Of a stretch of 64,000 bases of DNA, positions 36,501 to 48,862 are shown in pieces. Position numbers and translations under genes: made by a program. Numbering within the stretch: position 1 is the stretch's first letter; every line of letters begins with the position of its first letter. The notes beneath the pieces were generated by a model. It saw only the letters and a list, made by a program, of their open reading frames with translations, was not told where the DNA came from and ran no database searches. The DNA comes from Vitrella brassicaformis CCMP3155 (Eukaryota > Protista > Chromerida): contig CDMY01000384.1 of the NCBI GenBank assembly GCA_001179505.1, positions 1 through 64,000 of the forward strand, read 5' to 3'.

Positions 36501-39112
36501 GTTGCGGGCCTTGACCGCGTTACTGCACTCCTTCACGTGCAGCGGGGCGCTCCCTCCCCCACCGCCCGCATGCTGTGGAGGGTACGGAATCGGGACACAC
36601 ACACACACACACATTGTCGCATGCACGCGTACGGATGACGGACCCGCCGTGTGTTTCGCGCTCTTGCGATGCTTCTGCTTTCTGTTGTGTGCGAAGTCCG
36701 AACCGCCAGCGTCCTGCATACATGTGCACATACATACAGCCTGCCTCCCTGCCCTCCTGTAGGTTCTCGCAACTCACCTCGGGTGTCTTCTTGCGCTTCT
36801 GAGGAGTCACATCTACACGACAAACACGAACGTGAACAGCGTGCCCGCCAGAGAGACGTTCGCCCATTTGCACGCATACCTGCAGGGGGCATGGGGTGGT
36901 CTGCCCCTTCCTGCACCGCGGCGCGGCCTCCCTCTCCCTCTTCGCCTGCAGAAAACAAGACGCAGACAAAGCCGTATGAGGTCTGTCTGTCATCTGTCTG
37001 TGTGTCTGTCTGTCTGTCCGTCCGTGTGCCTACCTGTGTGGTGCTCGCCATTCGCTGCGCCCCGCATGTCCTCGGCTGCCGCAGTGGGGGCCGTGGTGTC
37101 GTCACGGTGAGGGGTGTCGTGGCTGTGCTGCTGGAGTAGCGCAGCCAGGTTGCCTGCACCCCCCACATTCTCTCTATGTGTGGCGATCATGGCCCGCCCG
37201 CTGCCTCTCGGCATACCTGGGCCAACAGCGCCCGTCGACGCGGCCGCACCCGAGCCACCCACAGCAGAACCACTACCACTACCTGCAAAAGAACAAAATG
37301 CACACAGGCGTTTGGGGGGCGCGTCTGGCTGTTTCCTTACTCATTCAACCACTTACCGTCCAACTGTTCCTTCTTGCGCTTTCTGCCCCCGCCCTTTCCC
37401 TCCCTCTCCCGCTGCTCTTTCTCTGCCCCCCTCGTGGCCGCCGGCTTGCTGATCCTCTTCTTGGCTGCCGCTACTGGCGAGTACTGCTCCGGCGCACCGG
37501 CAGACCCTTGGCGGGGGGGCAATCCCCCCGTGGGCTTGTACTCTGCCTGTTGGGTCGTCTTGCCTATGGCGACCTGCCAGCCGGGGTGGTTGTCAAGGGC
37601 GTCGCGCGACGTCCTCAGCGCCCGCAGCCCCTCCAGCAGCTCCTCACACTGCCACTGCGCTGACGACGGGTCGCGGACGGCGGGCGCGTACAGGTACTCG
37701 GCCTTGCCGTCGGTGAGGGTGCTGATCTGCACCCGCACGACCATCGTGAGGGCGAATGCCGTCGGGCGGCAGGTGAAGTGCAGCCCCTTCAGCTCTGGAC
37801 GGGCATTCAGTGCCTTGGTCAGTGCGGCATGGCAGTCGCTCTCAGGTCGCGGTGCCCCTCCTGTACCACCGGCCTTCGCAGCGGCCTGAACGACAAACAG
37901 GCGTGGAAGCGTGGACGCGTGATGTGTCGCGGCGGCAACTCCCTCCTGTCCATGCACACCTTCGGGGGGCGTGCCTTGGGAGGTCGGTCGCTCTCATTGT
38001 CCTGCAGAAGACACAACACAAACTCACGAATGGACGGCACATTAACTTCTTCCTTCTCTGAGTGCGGCGCCCACTTGGGTGGCACTGTCGCATTGATTGA
38101 CGGTCGTCACCCGCTTGGCGAGCGGAGCTTCCCCATCCACCTTGCACACATCACGACACCCACAAGTACAGGGGTCAGTTTCCTCCTGCTGTGCGTTTTC
38201 GCAACTCACCTCAGACGCCTGCTTGCGCTTCTGGGGGACTTCACCAGCAGCAGCACCTACACGCCATCAAATGAAACGTGAACAATGTCCCAGCCAGGGA
38301 GACGTTCGCCGATTTGCATACCTGCAGGCGGCATGTGGTGGTCTGTCCCTCCCTGCGCCACGACACCACTCCCCTCCTGGCTCTGGACTGCAGCACACGC
38401 AGACGAAGTCAGCAGCCGATGAGAAAGAGATGGTCATGTGGCTGGCTACCTGTGTGGTGCTCGACACTCGCTGCGTCCACCATGCCCTCGTCTGTCGCAG
38501 TAGGTGTCGCGACCGTGTGCTGCTGTGCCTGCTGCTGCTGCTGTGCCGGCTGCTGGAGTGTGTGCGGCAGTTGGGATGGGGGGATGGTGATGAGGTGCAT
38601 GTGTGGTGGCAGAAGTGGGGTGGGTGTGGGAACGGGAGGGGCGTCCTGCTGCTGTGTATTGGGTGCGGGTCGGTGAGGGGGGGCAGGTGGCCACGTGGCG
38701 TCGGGGGGTGTGGTCGACATCGTCACGAAAACGACAGTGTCTCGACGGAGAGACTGGTGAGGGTGAGGAAGAGCCGCTCAATAGCCGAAAATAGCCACTA
38801 CCTGACGACACGCACACACAAGACAGACAGACACAACGACCAATGCACCAGAACAAACGCAAACCCTCCCTCCCTCCCTCCCTCTGTGCAATGGGACGCG
38901 CACACACACGGCGCATTCGATTGTGATACCTTTGCCGTGCCGAGCCCCGAGCTGATCGTGGCCGAAGGCAGCCCTGGTGTGGCACCTAGTGTGCTCCTCT
39001 GTACGCCTGCTGGCGCCGCCTCAACGCTCTCCTGCCCGCTCAGAGATGCCACCGAGTCGACTCGCCGGAGAGCGCGAGGCGCAGAGGTTGTGCTGCCGGT
39101 GGACGGCAGCAC
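33540..39112 (-). CDS. Large low-complexity protein with an internally duplicated ~110-aa domain and a C-terminal SAM-like domain; ends uncertain, spans an assembly gap
   Basis: Two paralogous exon blocks (about 36240-36970 and 37560-38410), Pro/Gln/His-rich linkers, and a C-terminal LEELSHADVLALL...EGVTGASLALML...AIKIWL segment resembling a SAM domain. No ATG was found at the 5' end. Confidence 0.55.
35886..36185. other. Assembly gap (300 N) flanked by poly-C
   Basis: N run seen directly. Confidence 1.
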
Positions 39113-39387
39113 CGAATAAGCTCCTCTTTCTGCCCGTCGCTGCCGCGGAACGCCGCAGCAGGACCGTCACCAGGAGGTTTGGATCTTGGCGCAAATCGAG
39201 GAGATCCTGCACGTATCCCGTCCACTAGGGCTGGGCGACTCACCCGTGCCGCTGCATCGTTGCCAGGCAGCCAACACAGGAAGGGCGGAGAATTTGAGCT
39301 CGCAACTTCCTCCCTGCCTAGGGTGTTCCCTGAAACCGCTCTAAAAAGAGTTGTGGTGTGCCTTGCGATGAGAGAGAGCATGTGGTG

Positions 39388-39795
39388 ATGGCGTTGTTTT
39401 GCCCTACGTGCGCCAACATCTTGTTGGTTGACCAGCAGCACCTGGGCAGCAACCTGCGGTTCTACTGCCGCAGCTGCCCCTACGTCTTCAGGATAACCGA
39501 GAAGGTCACGCGCAAGACAACCTTCGAGCAAAGGAAACGCGACGAGGTCTTCGGCAAGGAAATGTGGGACGGCGCACCGAGGACACAAGGTACGCAAATG
39601 GCAGATGACATGCCCGCGTCCCGCCTCTGATCTGCTCTGTGTTATGTCTGTGTGTGTTTGATGCGGTCAGTTGTGTGTCCGGGTTGCGGCCACCGTGAGG
39701 CGTTCTTCAAGCAGATGCAGATCAGGTCGGGTGACGAGCCCATGACGAGCTTCTACAGATGCTGCTCGTGCGAGAAACACTGGAGGGAAGACTAG
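39388..39795 (+). CDS. POLR3K: RNA polymerase III subunit C11 (RPC10/RPC11)
   Basis: MALFCPTCANILL...FYCRSCPYVF N-terminal ribbon, one intron, then CPGCGHREAFFKQMQIRSGDEPMTSFYRCCSCEKHWRE TFIIS-like ribbon. Confidence 0.95.
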
Positions 39796-40099
39796 ACTGA
39801 CTGGTGGCTCTGTGTGGATGACGTGTGTACAGTACTCATGTGACAGCAAAGCAGAGAGTGTGACGGACCGGCAAGGCACTTCTGTGAATACATCCATTCA
39901 TTCATTAGTTCATCGATTGTCATTGACACACGAGCACGCTCTCGACTTGGTGTCCCATGAGCAGCTGCATGATCTCGACCTCACTCCGCTCACGATGCGT
40001 ACAGAACGACAACACCTGCATCACATCCATTCATCCCGCAGGTCCATCCATTCATTCTCCGCTCACTCACCTGTTGGCTGCGGTAAGTGACATAAATCT

Positions 40100-41091
40100 C
40101 GCCGGGCGATGCGGACGGTGTCCTCTCAGAGGCACAGACAGGCTGAGCTCTGGTGCGCTTCGCCCTGCAGTCCATCCACGTGAGAGACAGACGACAGACT
40201 GACTGACTGACTGACTGAGACACCCACTCCCCCGCCTCCGGGCTGCGTACCTCCGATGGCAGCAGCAGAGCAGTGCTGCCGTCGCGACGACCGCACAGAG
40301 AGTGACCACCCACCCAACCTGACATCGATGGGTACTCACACGCGAAGCGTTGTGTGGTTACTCCCTCACCAGTGTGTTGTTCTTGTCGCCTCTCTGCACG
40401 ATGGCTGGTGGCGCTGGCAGCACATTGCCGGTCGACATTGATGCGGGCGAGGCCGCCACACACTCATCCTCGCCGGTTCCCATAACGGTGAGGAGCGCCT
40501 CGCACACTGATTCCTTGGGCGGGTTGGCGGCAGCGGCATTGGCGCGAGAAATGAGGCCGTGGAAGAGCCGCCACGACGCGACCAGGCTGATAGTGTGTGT
40601 GTTGGTGTGGGTGGTGTGTGGGTCGATGACAAGGCTGACGGACAACACACCACCAACACCTGCACAAACACGACACAAGACAAGACAATCAATGAAGCTA
40701 AGCACACACAGACACACGGTGATGGTGTCTCGTCTCGCTCACCTCGTTGAGTGTGTGTCGGCAGTGCCATGAGAGTCACTCTGTGCTGGTGCTTGACGGC
40801 CACCACCACACCACCCCGCCGACTCACCAGCAGGTCGGCCTGCCCAATGCTGTTTGTTCCCTCTCGGCCAAACGCCCTCACCATCATCGCTTCACGACAC
40901 TGTGGTGGTCCTCGTGTGTGCGTGGCGCACACACACAGCCGCGGGGTGTCATCGGGCGGTGGATGCTGTAAGTGTGGTGCCGATATGGTCAGGCGGACGA
41001 GCTGATGTTCCGACCGCTCATTCACCACCACCAAACGCGACATAACCGACCGCAATAACGACAGCAGTAAGGGCAGGAAAAGCAGCAGCAT
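40100..41091 (-). CDS. Hypothetical signal-peptide protein, multi-exon
   Basis: MLLLFLPLLLSLLRS leader and several GT-AG-bounded segments. 3' end uncertain. Confidence 0.35.
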
Positions 41092-41279
41092 CTTTTTCAC
41101 ACGGACTTGACGAGAGGCGGCATTCCAGTTCACTCACACGGAAAAAGTCATATCATGCGTATTGCGATGCGATAGGTCAAGGGAATGTACACACACATAC
41201 ATAATCGCGATGTATGTCGATACAACCAACGTCAGTCAGTCACGATCAGCTCCGGATGCACCCGCCAGCCATCGTATCA

Positions 41280-42037
41280 TCATCCCCTTCCCCTGCCTCC
41301 GAAGCCCTTCATCTCGCCCCTCCCTGCACACCACACGCATTACACGCATCACAGGTTACCATGCACATGTCTACTGTTACCTCTGCCGGCAGGCGCGCCT
41401 CGGCCCCTTCCCCGACCACGGCCCTTCGCCGCCTGGCGAGCTGAGAGCATTGACAACACACACACACACACACACATGCGCACACACACATATGGTGATG
41501 GATGACAAATGCATGGTTTGCCTGAGTGTCACCTTCTTTCTTTTGTTCCTCCTTGACCATATCGATGACCTCGTCGGGCAGCCTCAAGTACTTGATGTTG
41601 TTGCCGCGGATGTTGACCTCGGCGATCTTCCAGAAACGATCTCCATCCTGCACACACAGTCACACGACAAGGAGAGAGAAAGAGAGGCGGCATCATCACG
41701 CCGACTGTCCACGTGCATCTGTGCACGTGTCAGTCAGCTCACCCGTGAAGTGCATATGACGTCCCTCATCTGCAGGTTCATGAATGTGTCGCAGTTGGCG
41801 AGCACGCCGCTGTAGGTCTCGCCGTTCTTCAGCTCAACCATCTGAAACGAACGCAGAGAGCAGAGAACCCGAAACGCCATTGTCTGCTTTCCTTGCCGTC
41901 TTTTCATCTCTCTCTGGCCGCACCATTGGTTGATTCTGAGCTGTCCTCAGCAGATTTAATGGAAGCTGATGGGAGAGAGATCACACACATCATCGAACGT
42001 CGCCGAATTCGATTCTTTCTCTTGCACTTACCACCAT
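41280..42037 (-). CDS. LSM4: U6 snRNA-associated Sm-like protein LSm4
   Basis: Spliced [39 protein letters not shown].../[29 protein letters not shown] with an RG-repeat tail. Confidence 0.97.
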
Positions 42038-42169
42038 TGTGCTCTTCTGGACAAGGCAACGCTGCCAACGACTTGATCTGTGGCAGATCAGCAGTCACGA
42101 CGATCGGATTTGAGCTCGCAAATGGTAGCTACGATCGGCGTGGCGTTAGTTTGAGAGCATATCGCGAGG

Positions 42170-44379
42170 ATGTCCCGTTCGCGAAGTCGCAGCGCCGACC
42201 GTCGGGAGCGCCGTGACGAGAGGGGCGATGACCGAAGCCGTGAGCGTGAGCGAGAGCGTGAGCGTGACAGAGACCGCCATGATGACCGCGACGAGCCTCG
42301 CGACGAGCGTCACGGCAGGCGGCGAGGCCGATACGATGACGACAATGGGGAGAAACCTGACATCATGGTGAGAGATGGCCCGCATGCAGCAGTTAGCAGA
42401 AGGGAATGGCGTGCTTGATTCTGTGTGTGGATGTTGCAGGAGGTGAGCGAGAGTGATGCGGCCTTCCTGCTCGGCCGCAAGGGTGCGACCAAGGAGAAGA
42501 TTGCCCGGGTGGCCGAGGCCGTCCTCGACCTCGACGAGAAAGGTGAGCGAGCCAACGAAGAACGTCTGATGCCTCCCACATTGACATCGTGGCTGGCTGG
42601 CACCCAGATCTGATATTGGAGGTTCGTGGGAGGCCTGAGGCTCGCGAGAAGGCCAAGCTGTACGCCAAAGTGGTGATGGCTCAGAGGGTGGGGCCGGTGT
42701 CCATTGACTTCGACGAGAAGGACCGTGACGACCTCTCACTGGTCCCTGTGCCGGCTGACTGTGTGGGATACGTCACTGGTGAGCGACGTAGTAGACAGAG
42801 AGGGAGCGAGCAAAGCTGTATGGTGTGTGTGCTATGCGTGCAATAATCAGGCAAGAAGGGCACGGTGTTGCGTTCTATAGAGGAGGAGTGGACCACCATC
42901 ATGTTCTTCGTCGAGAATGCCAAGGGGCGCAAACTCAAAAGCGAGATCCAGGAGCACCTCGCCATCTTCGGAGCTGAGTGAGGCAGCCATCTCGTTCACA
43001 GTCGAGCGTCGATGACGAATCCATGTGTGTGCGTGTGTGCGTGTGTGTGTCAGGCGCAATCGTCGTGGTGCTGAGCTCAAAATCATGAGCGCAGTGGAGG
43101 GCAAGTCCAAGGGGTTCTACACAAAAGGTATGTGCCTGGCAGCCAACCACATCAATGTCTTGAGCTCCCCGCCTCCCCTTGTGCGTGTGTGCATCGGCAG
43201 CGGTGACTGACTACTTCGACCCCCGTGACATGTTCTCGACTGACTACTATCGCATCCCCGAGGAGGACTTCTCATACGCACTGGGCTCCCAGGGCACCAC
43301 GCGACGCAAACTCGCCATCGCATCGGGAGCCGTCATGGAGTACGTCGGTCGCATCGCATTCATGTCCGGTAAGCAGACACCCATGAATGCATCACTGGGG
43401 GGGGGGAAGGGGCGGGAAAGCGTCACAAACGTGCTCGTGCTGTCGGCGTGTTCAGGCACGTTGGCTCAGCGGAAGCGTGTGTATGAGTACCTCCGGTGGC
43501 TGTGCGATCAGCGTGTCAAGAGCGTCACAGTCGACACCGACGGCAGGTGCGTTGACCAATAAGCGTACTGAGCATGCACACCGGATGACGGACGTGTACG
43601 CGTGTGTCTTTCAGGGACGATGTGACGGTGCTGCACATCCCGTATGAGTATGTGGGTCTGGTCACCGGCTCCAAGGGACGCACTCTCAGGCAGGTGGAGG
43701 AAGACACGAGGACATTCTGCTTCGTCGAAGGCCTCAAGTAACCAACACACACACACACACACACACACAAGCCGTTGATTCCACATCACACACCTCGCTT
43801 CATCTGTCTGTCTGTGTGTCAGCCGTGAGAGTCGTGGTGAGGGCACTGGTGAGCGTCTGCTGATCTTCGCCGAGAACCCCAGGTCACGGGAGCGGGCCAA
43901 GGAGATCATCCTGCGACGCATCGACGACCACAAGAGCGGACGCCTCTACCGGTATGTCTGCGGCTTCGCAGGCTGCACGCCAGACCATGCACCGTACAGT
44001 CGATATGTGTGTCGCTCAGTGGTGGTGGTCATGATTCCCGCGACTACGGCGATGAGTCCTATCGGTATCGGTGGTGGGACTACGACAGCCGCAACAGCAG
44101 GGGCTACTACGACCGCGACAGGCCGGAGCGCTACGACGACTATGACAGGGGCAGGGACGACCGATACCGAGACAGGTGCGGAGGGAGGGAGAGAGTGAGG
44201 GAGAGAGGGAGGGAGGGAGAGAAAGGGCACATGGATAAAATTGATGGACTGTATGTATGTGTGCGTGTCTGTGGCTTGCGTTGGTTGTCAGGTACTATGA
44301 CGACCGTCGAGACCGCTACGACGACCGACATGACGACAGGCGGGATCGCCACTATCGCGATGACGACCACTATGGGTAA
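42170..44379 (+). CDS. Multi-KH-domain RNA-binding protein with RS/RD-rich termini
   Basis: MSRSRSRS start. KH loops FLLGRKGATKEKI, VGYVTG/KKG, YALGSQGTTRRKL, VGLVTGSKGRTLRQVE. RD-rich tail. Confidence 0.85.
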
Positions 44380-44704
44380 GGCGGCCATCGAATGCGATAC
44401 TGGCTATTTAGTGGCGGGCGGGCGGGCGATGAATGGATGGATGGATGGACATGAAGCTGAGCTGGGTGGCGATGCCGTACAGACAGTGCAGCTGAACCAT
44501 CTCGTCACGCTGACTTTCGTGCCTGTCTGACGCCGGTGGCTGGTGTGACTGAGAATGATGATGATGTTCTTGTGCTTGATGATGATGGCAATGCAGTCGA
44601 GGGCCCCCGGGGGCGGGTGAGCTGCATGCACGTCTTTTCCGTTGTCTATGTGTGTGTGCCGCCCGCGACTTCATTTCTGACCCTTCATTTCACGAATGTT
44701 CATC

Positions 44705-44737
<33 letters not shown>

Positions 44738-45604
44738 TGGGTGTGTGTCTGTGTGTGTGTTAGGTCTGACGCTCGCAACGGCCGACGATGATAGGTACAC
44801 ACAAAGGAATCAGCACACACGCAACGAAACGCAGAACGGCATTCAAGTGTCCTCTCTGCTCGACGGGTCCGTGACAGACAGGCGAATGGGCGGCCGCTGA
44901 CCGACCGAGGGATGGGTGTTGTGTGTGCTGCGCTGAGGTGCTGTTCGGTGATTGATGTAGAGGCTTGCCGAGAGACCGTGTGGAGGGTAGACAGACGCGT
45001 GTGTGCGTGTGCCTTTATTGGGCCGACTGACTGTGAGTGAAAGAGTGTGCCTTTTGCCGTCCGTGTGTTCGGTCACTCCCCGTGTTCACCACCGCCCACA
45101 GACCGACAAATGCAGTGGTACGTGTGCCCGTATACGCACGCACCCCTGCATTCGTTGTGTGTGGTGATGGAAACGGTGAAGGACGGCACGTGGACTGAGC
45201 AGCCAGACGCTTTAGTATACACACATAACTTACTGGTTGAGGTGAGTTTTTGTCTTGGCGACTTCGACCCCACTCGTGCATTGCATATCACTGAATGTGT
45301 GCATGTGTGATGGATCCCACCCACCCACCCGACAAGGCATCGCACACGCGTACACTCCGACCGACGCTATATAGCTCTCTATAGACACAAAGGAAGGAAA
45401 AGTGCGCCATCGGTGCGCCTGTCTTGCCACACGCTAGTACTGTGTGATGGGATCAAAGTGGCGCACAGCACAGCAGTCGCACACCAACTGCCAGTCCCCT
45501 CTACACACGCACACCTCCCAGCCTCTGGCCGCCATCAGCTCAGTGCATCGTTCGCTGGCCACTCTCTATCTACCGATCTAGCTGCTCTACACGCTCCCAT
45601 CCTA

Positions 45605-46557
45605 TCAGTGTGTGTCTCCTCCTGCCGGGGCGGCAGATGCTGCTGCGGCGGCGGCGGCCGGGGCGCTGCTGCTGCTGGCGCCTTCCTGGTCCACGTCCAT
45701 GTCGGCGGGGCCGCCCTCCTCCTTCTTGACCTTGCCGTCGCCGCTCTTGGCGCCCCAATACCTGCGTTCAGCACAAACGCAACATGAGGCGTGTCTTGTC
45801 GGTTGGTTGGGCGGGTGTGTGATGGTTGTGGGGCTGACTTGCAGCTCTCGGTGTAGAAGGCGTTGGGGTGGTTGCCCACGCCGTCAGCTGCACTCATCAC
45901 AAGACGCACACAGATGGAGAGGAACATAACTTCTGTGTGTGTCGGCTGTGGCGCGAGTAGGTAACCTTACCTGCTGAGTCGGGGTGGGTGGCCCTGAAGT
46001 ACTCCACACACCCCAGCTGAGCGACCCGACCACAAAGAGAACCACGACGTCAGTGGATGGATGGACGTTGAGCTCCCGCCCACCTGACCTGGTAGTGGTG
46101 TCCCTTGACGAGGTCCAGGATCTTCTTGGTGGATCCGTCTGCATTTATGTGTGGGGGACAGACAGACAGACGCGCAGACACCCGCCCAGAAGTGGAAGGA
46201 CGCAGGGCAGGGCTGTGTGGCGCTCTTTGGTTGTGCCTCTTACCTGGCACGTTGTAACGCCTCATGAGCTGGCTCAGAGGGCCGGGGTCGAAATGCTTGA
46301 ACGGACAACCTGCGCAACGCAACACAGACAACCAACCGACCAACCGACCACACACAGGCAAATCACAGGACTGGCTGCTGGCTGCACTGTCGTTCCCAGC
46401 TCGTGGCTGGTTCTTGTCTGTCGGTGACTGACCGTGGTAGTCTCCCGGGCCAGGGTTGGGTGGTGCGTCGCCGCTCATGAGTTTGGCGCAGCCGTAGGGG
46501 GGCTTGCTCTTCATGTGACCGACCTTGCCGTAGATGTGCTTGATGTGGTAAGCATGC

Positions 46558-46607
<50 letters not shown>

Positions 46608-48722
46608 TCTACCCATCCCTGTCGGCGTGGTGACGTGCTTACTCCTTGTCAAACGCCGTGGCCTTGAGCGTCATGTTCTGCTTGAAGTAGGAGAGTTCCT
46701 CCTCCATCGACATGCCCGCGCCCTTGAGGAACAGCCAGATCTGCAGACGGCCCCAGTGCTTCAAGTGACGCTCGCTCCTGACACACACACACACGCCCGA
46801 CAACGTGTGTGTGTGTGTGTGTGTGTGTTCGTTGCTGTGGTGATGGATCGTGGTTCCCACCTGAGCCCCTCCATCAGGCGGCGCATGCACGGCGGAAACG
46901 AACGCGGCACGACCTGATGATAGACACAACCACAACCACAACCACAATATGCCTAATGGACTGACTGCATGTGTCTGGCCGCTTCCCCCTCCCTCCCTCC
47001 CTCCCTCCCCAAGGCACCGCACCTTGTCGATGTTGTGTGGCGTGAGTCGCTCCACGTGCTGCTCCTCAGGGCTGAAGGCTGACGGGTCCGGACCTGCACA
47101 CGCCAGCAGCATCGGCCAGCTCAGCTGGTCGCAGTGTGGTGGTGGTGGTGGTGCGTCTCTCTCCCACCCACCCACCCCACCCCACCGCCCATTGCCTGCC
47201 TGCCTACCTAGGTATATGTTCTTGAGGTTCTTGACGAACGAGCCGAAACGGGGGTCGTTGTGCACCTCCTGACCCACCCACACATCCTCACATGGACCGA
47301 CAAGCTGCGGTTGGGTCGGCTGATGGGTGTGGTGTGTGCGTACGTACCACGATGTGGCGCGAGTTCTGCAGGCACTTGAGCTGAGCCAGCAGGAACTGTC
47401 TGAACGGACAGACACCGACGAAGGACTTAGAGGATGCCAGTGGGGTGGTAGTGGTCACCGAACCAACCACCCACCTGTATCTGTTGGCAATGATGGTCTT
47501 GAGGTCCTCCTCGGCCACAAACGCTACACCACCTGATCGGTCAAGAGCCACAGCAATCGGCAGGGGCAGTGACGTTGTTTCCTTCCTGGCTCACGCACGT
47601 CGTAAGACGACTTTCCGCCGCGCAACGAGTGATGCAGCGGCCTCCCACGGCACCTGACGTCCGTCAGCCGCATGTTATGCACACGCAGGTGTGGCTGTCC
47701 GAAGCATGCACTGTCAGCCTCTGCTTACCTGATAGAAGCGCTGGTCTTTTTTGCCGGGCGAAACATCGTAGATGTCGAGCCGCAGCCCGTCAGGGATGTC
47801 ATTCCACTCCATCTGAGACCACGGTGGTGCACAAGACGCACAAAGAGTGTGTATGCGTATGTGTATGTGTAGAGGTGTGTGTACTGACCGAGTGGTATCT
47901 GATGCCCTCTCTGAGGAGGAAGTTGGCCGTCACGGCAGAGCTGCTACCTGGCACACCACACCACAACACACACACACCCACACCCACACCGACACACACG
48001 ATACACATACCCCAATCACACCAGGTCTATGTGTGGCGACCCTGGCCTCTCTCTGCCCACCTAGTTTGGCCTTGAGCATGTGCACCTCCTGCGAAACAAA
48101 CCAGTTCTGCTTCTCGCTACTCTCGCAAAACCTGACAGACAATGGCACACAACACCAACACCCACATAGCGTGTTGGCGGACTGTGTGCGGCTGGCTCCC
48201 CCCCTCCCGTTCTTACGCCAGTCTGAGTGTGAAGTGGGAGTGCTCGTCGCACTCCTTGGCCCGCTCTGTTGACAATGGTCCGTTAGGGTCCTCGACGGCC
48301 AGGCCATGTTCGTAGAGCGATTTCATGACTTTGTCCTCCCGCTGCCGCACCATCTGGCCGTAGTTGCTCATGTCGGCATCGTCGCTGGCGTCCAGGTCTG
48401 TGGCGTCCAGGCTGTAGATGCGCTCGATGTCCTTCAACACTGACAGATGTGAGATGCATCAGATCAACACGACACACACGGGAGATCCATCCATCCATCC
48501 ATCCATCTGCTCTGCGTGTGGAGTGTGTGTTGTATGTGTATGTGTGTGTGTACCTTTGAGTCTGGCTATGGCATAGTCCTTGAAGTCCCTCACGGGCAGG
48601 GTGATGTCGGGGAACTCGCGATACAGGCTGATGAACACTCCCTTCCGCACAGGAGGCGGCGCTGGCTGTGCAGCGCTGCCAGCAGCGGCTGCAGCCGATG
48701 CTTTCCCCCTATTCGCCTGCAT
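45605..48722 (-). CDS. PRIM2: DNA primase large subunit
   Basis: SLY.EFPDITL.V.DF.DYAI.RL, HLKHWGRLQIWLFLKGAG, AYHIKHIYGK.G, YGCAKL...P.PGDYHG/CPFKHFD, ILDLVKGHHYQ, NHPNAFY Fe-S domain motifs. Confidence 0.95.
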
Positions 48723-48775
48723 CCCCTCTAGACCGTCAGCACATAGGGTTCAGGGTTCAGGATTCCAACCCCGGG

Positions 48776-48862
48776 GGAAGATGCGCGTGCAGGTCTTGCA
48801 TCTGACCGAACAGACGGCGGCCGTCTGTTCGGTCATGTGCAAGACCTGCAGGCGTGTCTTCC
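48776..48862. other. 87-nt near-perfect inverted repeat upstream of PRIM2
   Basis: 42-nt arms with 37 Watson-Crick pairs, 3 G:T and 2 mismatches, and a 3-nt loop. Confidence 0.9.

Noticed and set aside
46300-46520. PGPGDY and DPGP segments resembling SHIPPO/ODF3 repeats
   Set aside because: They are part of the PRIM2 Fe-S domain (P..GDYHGCPF).
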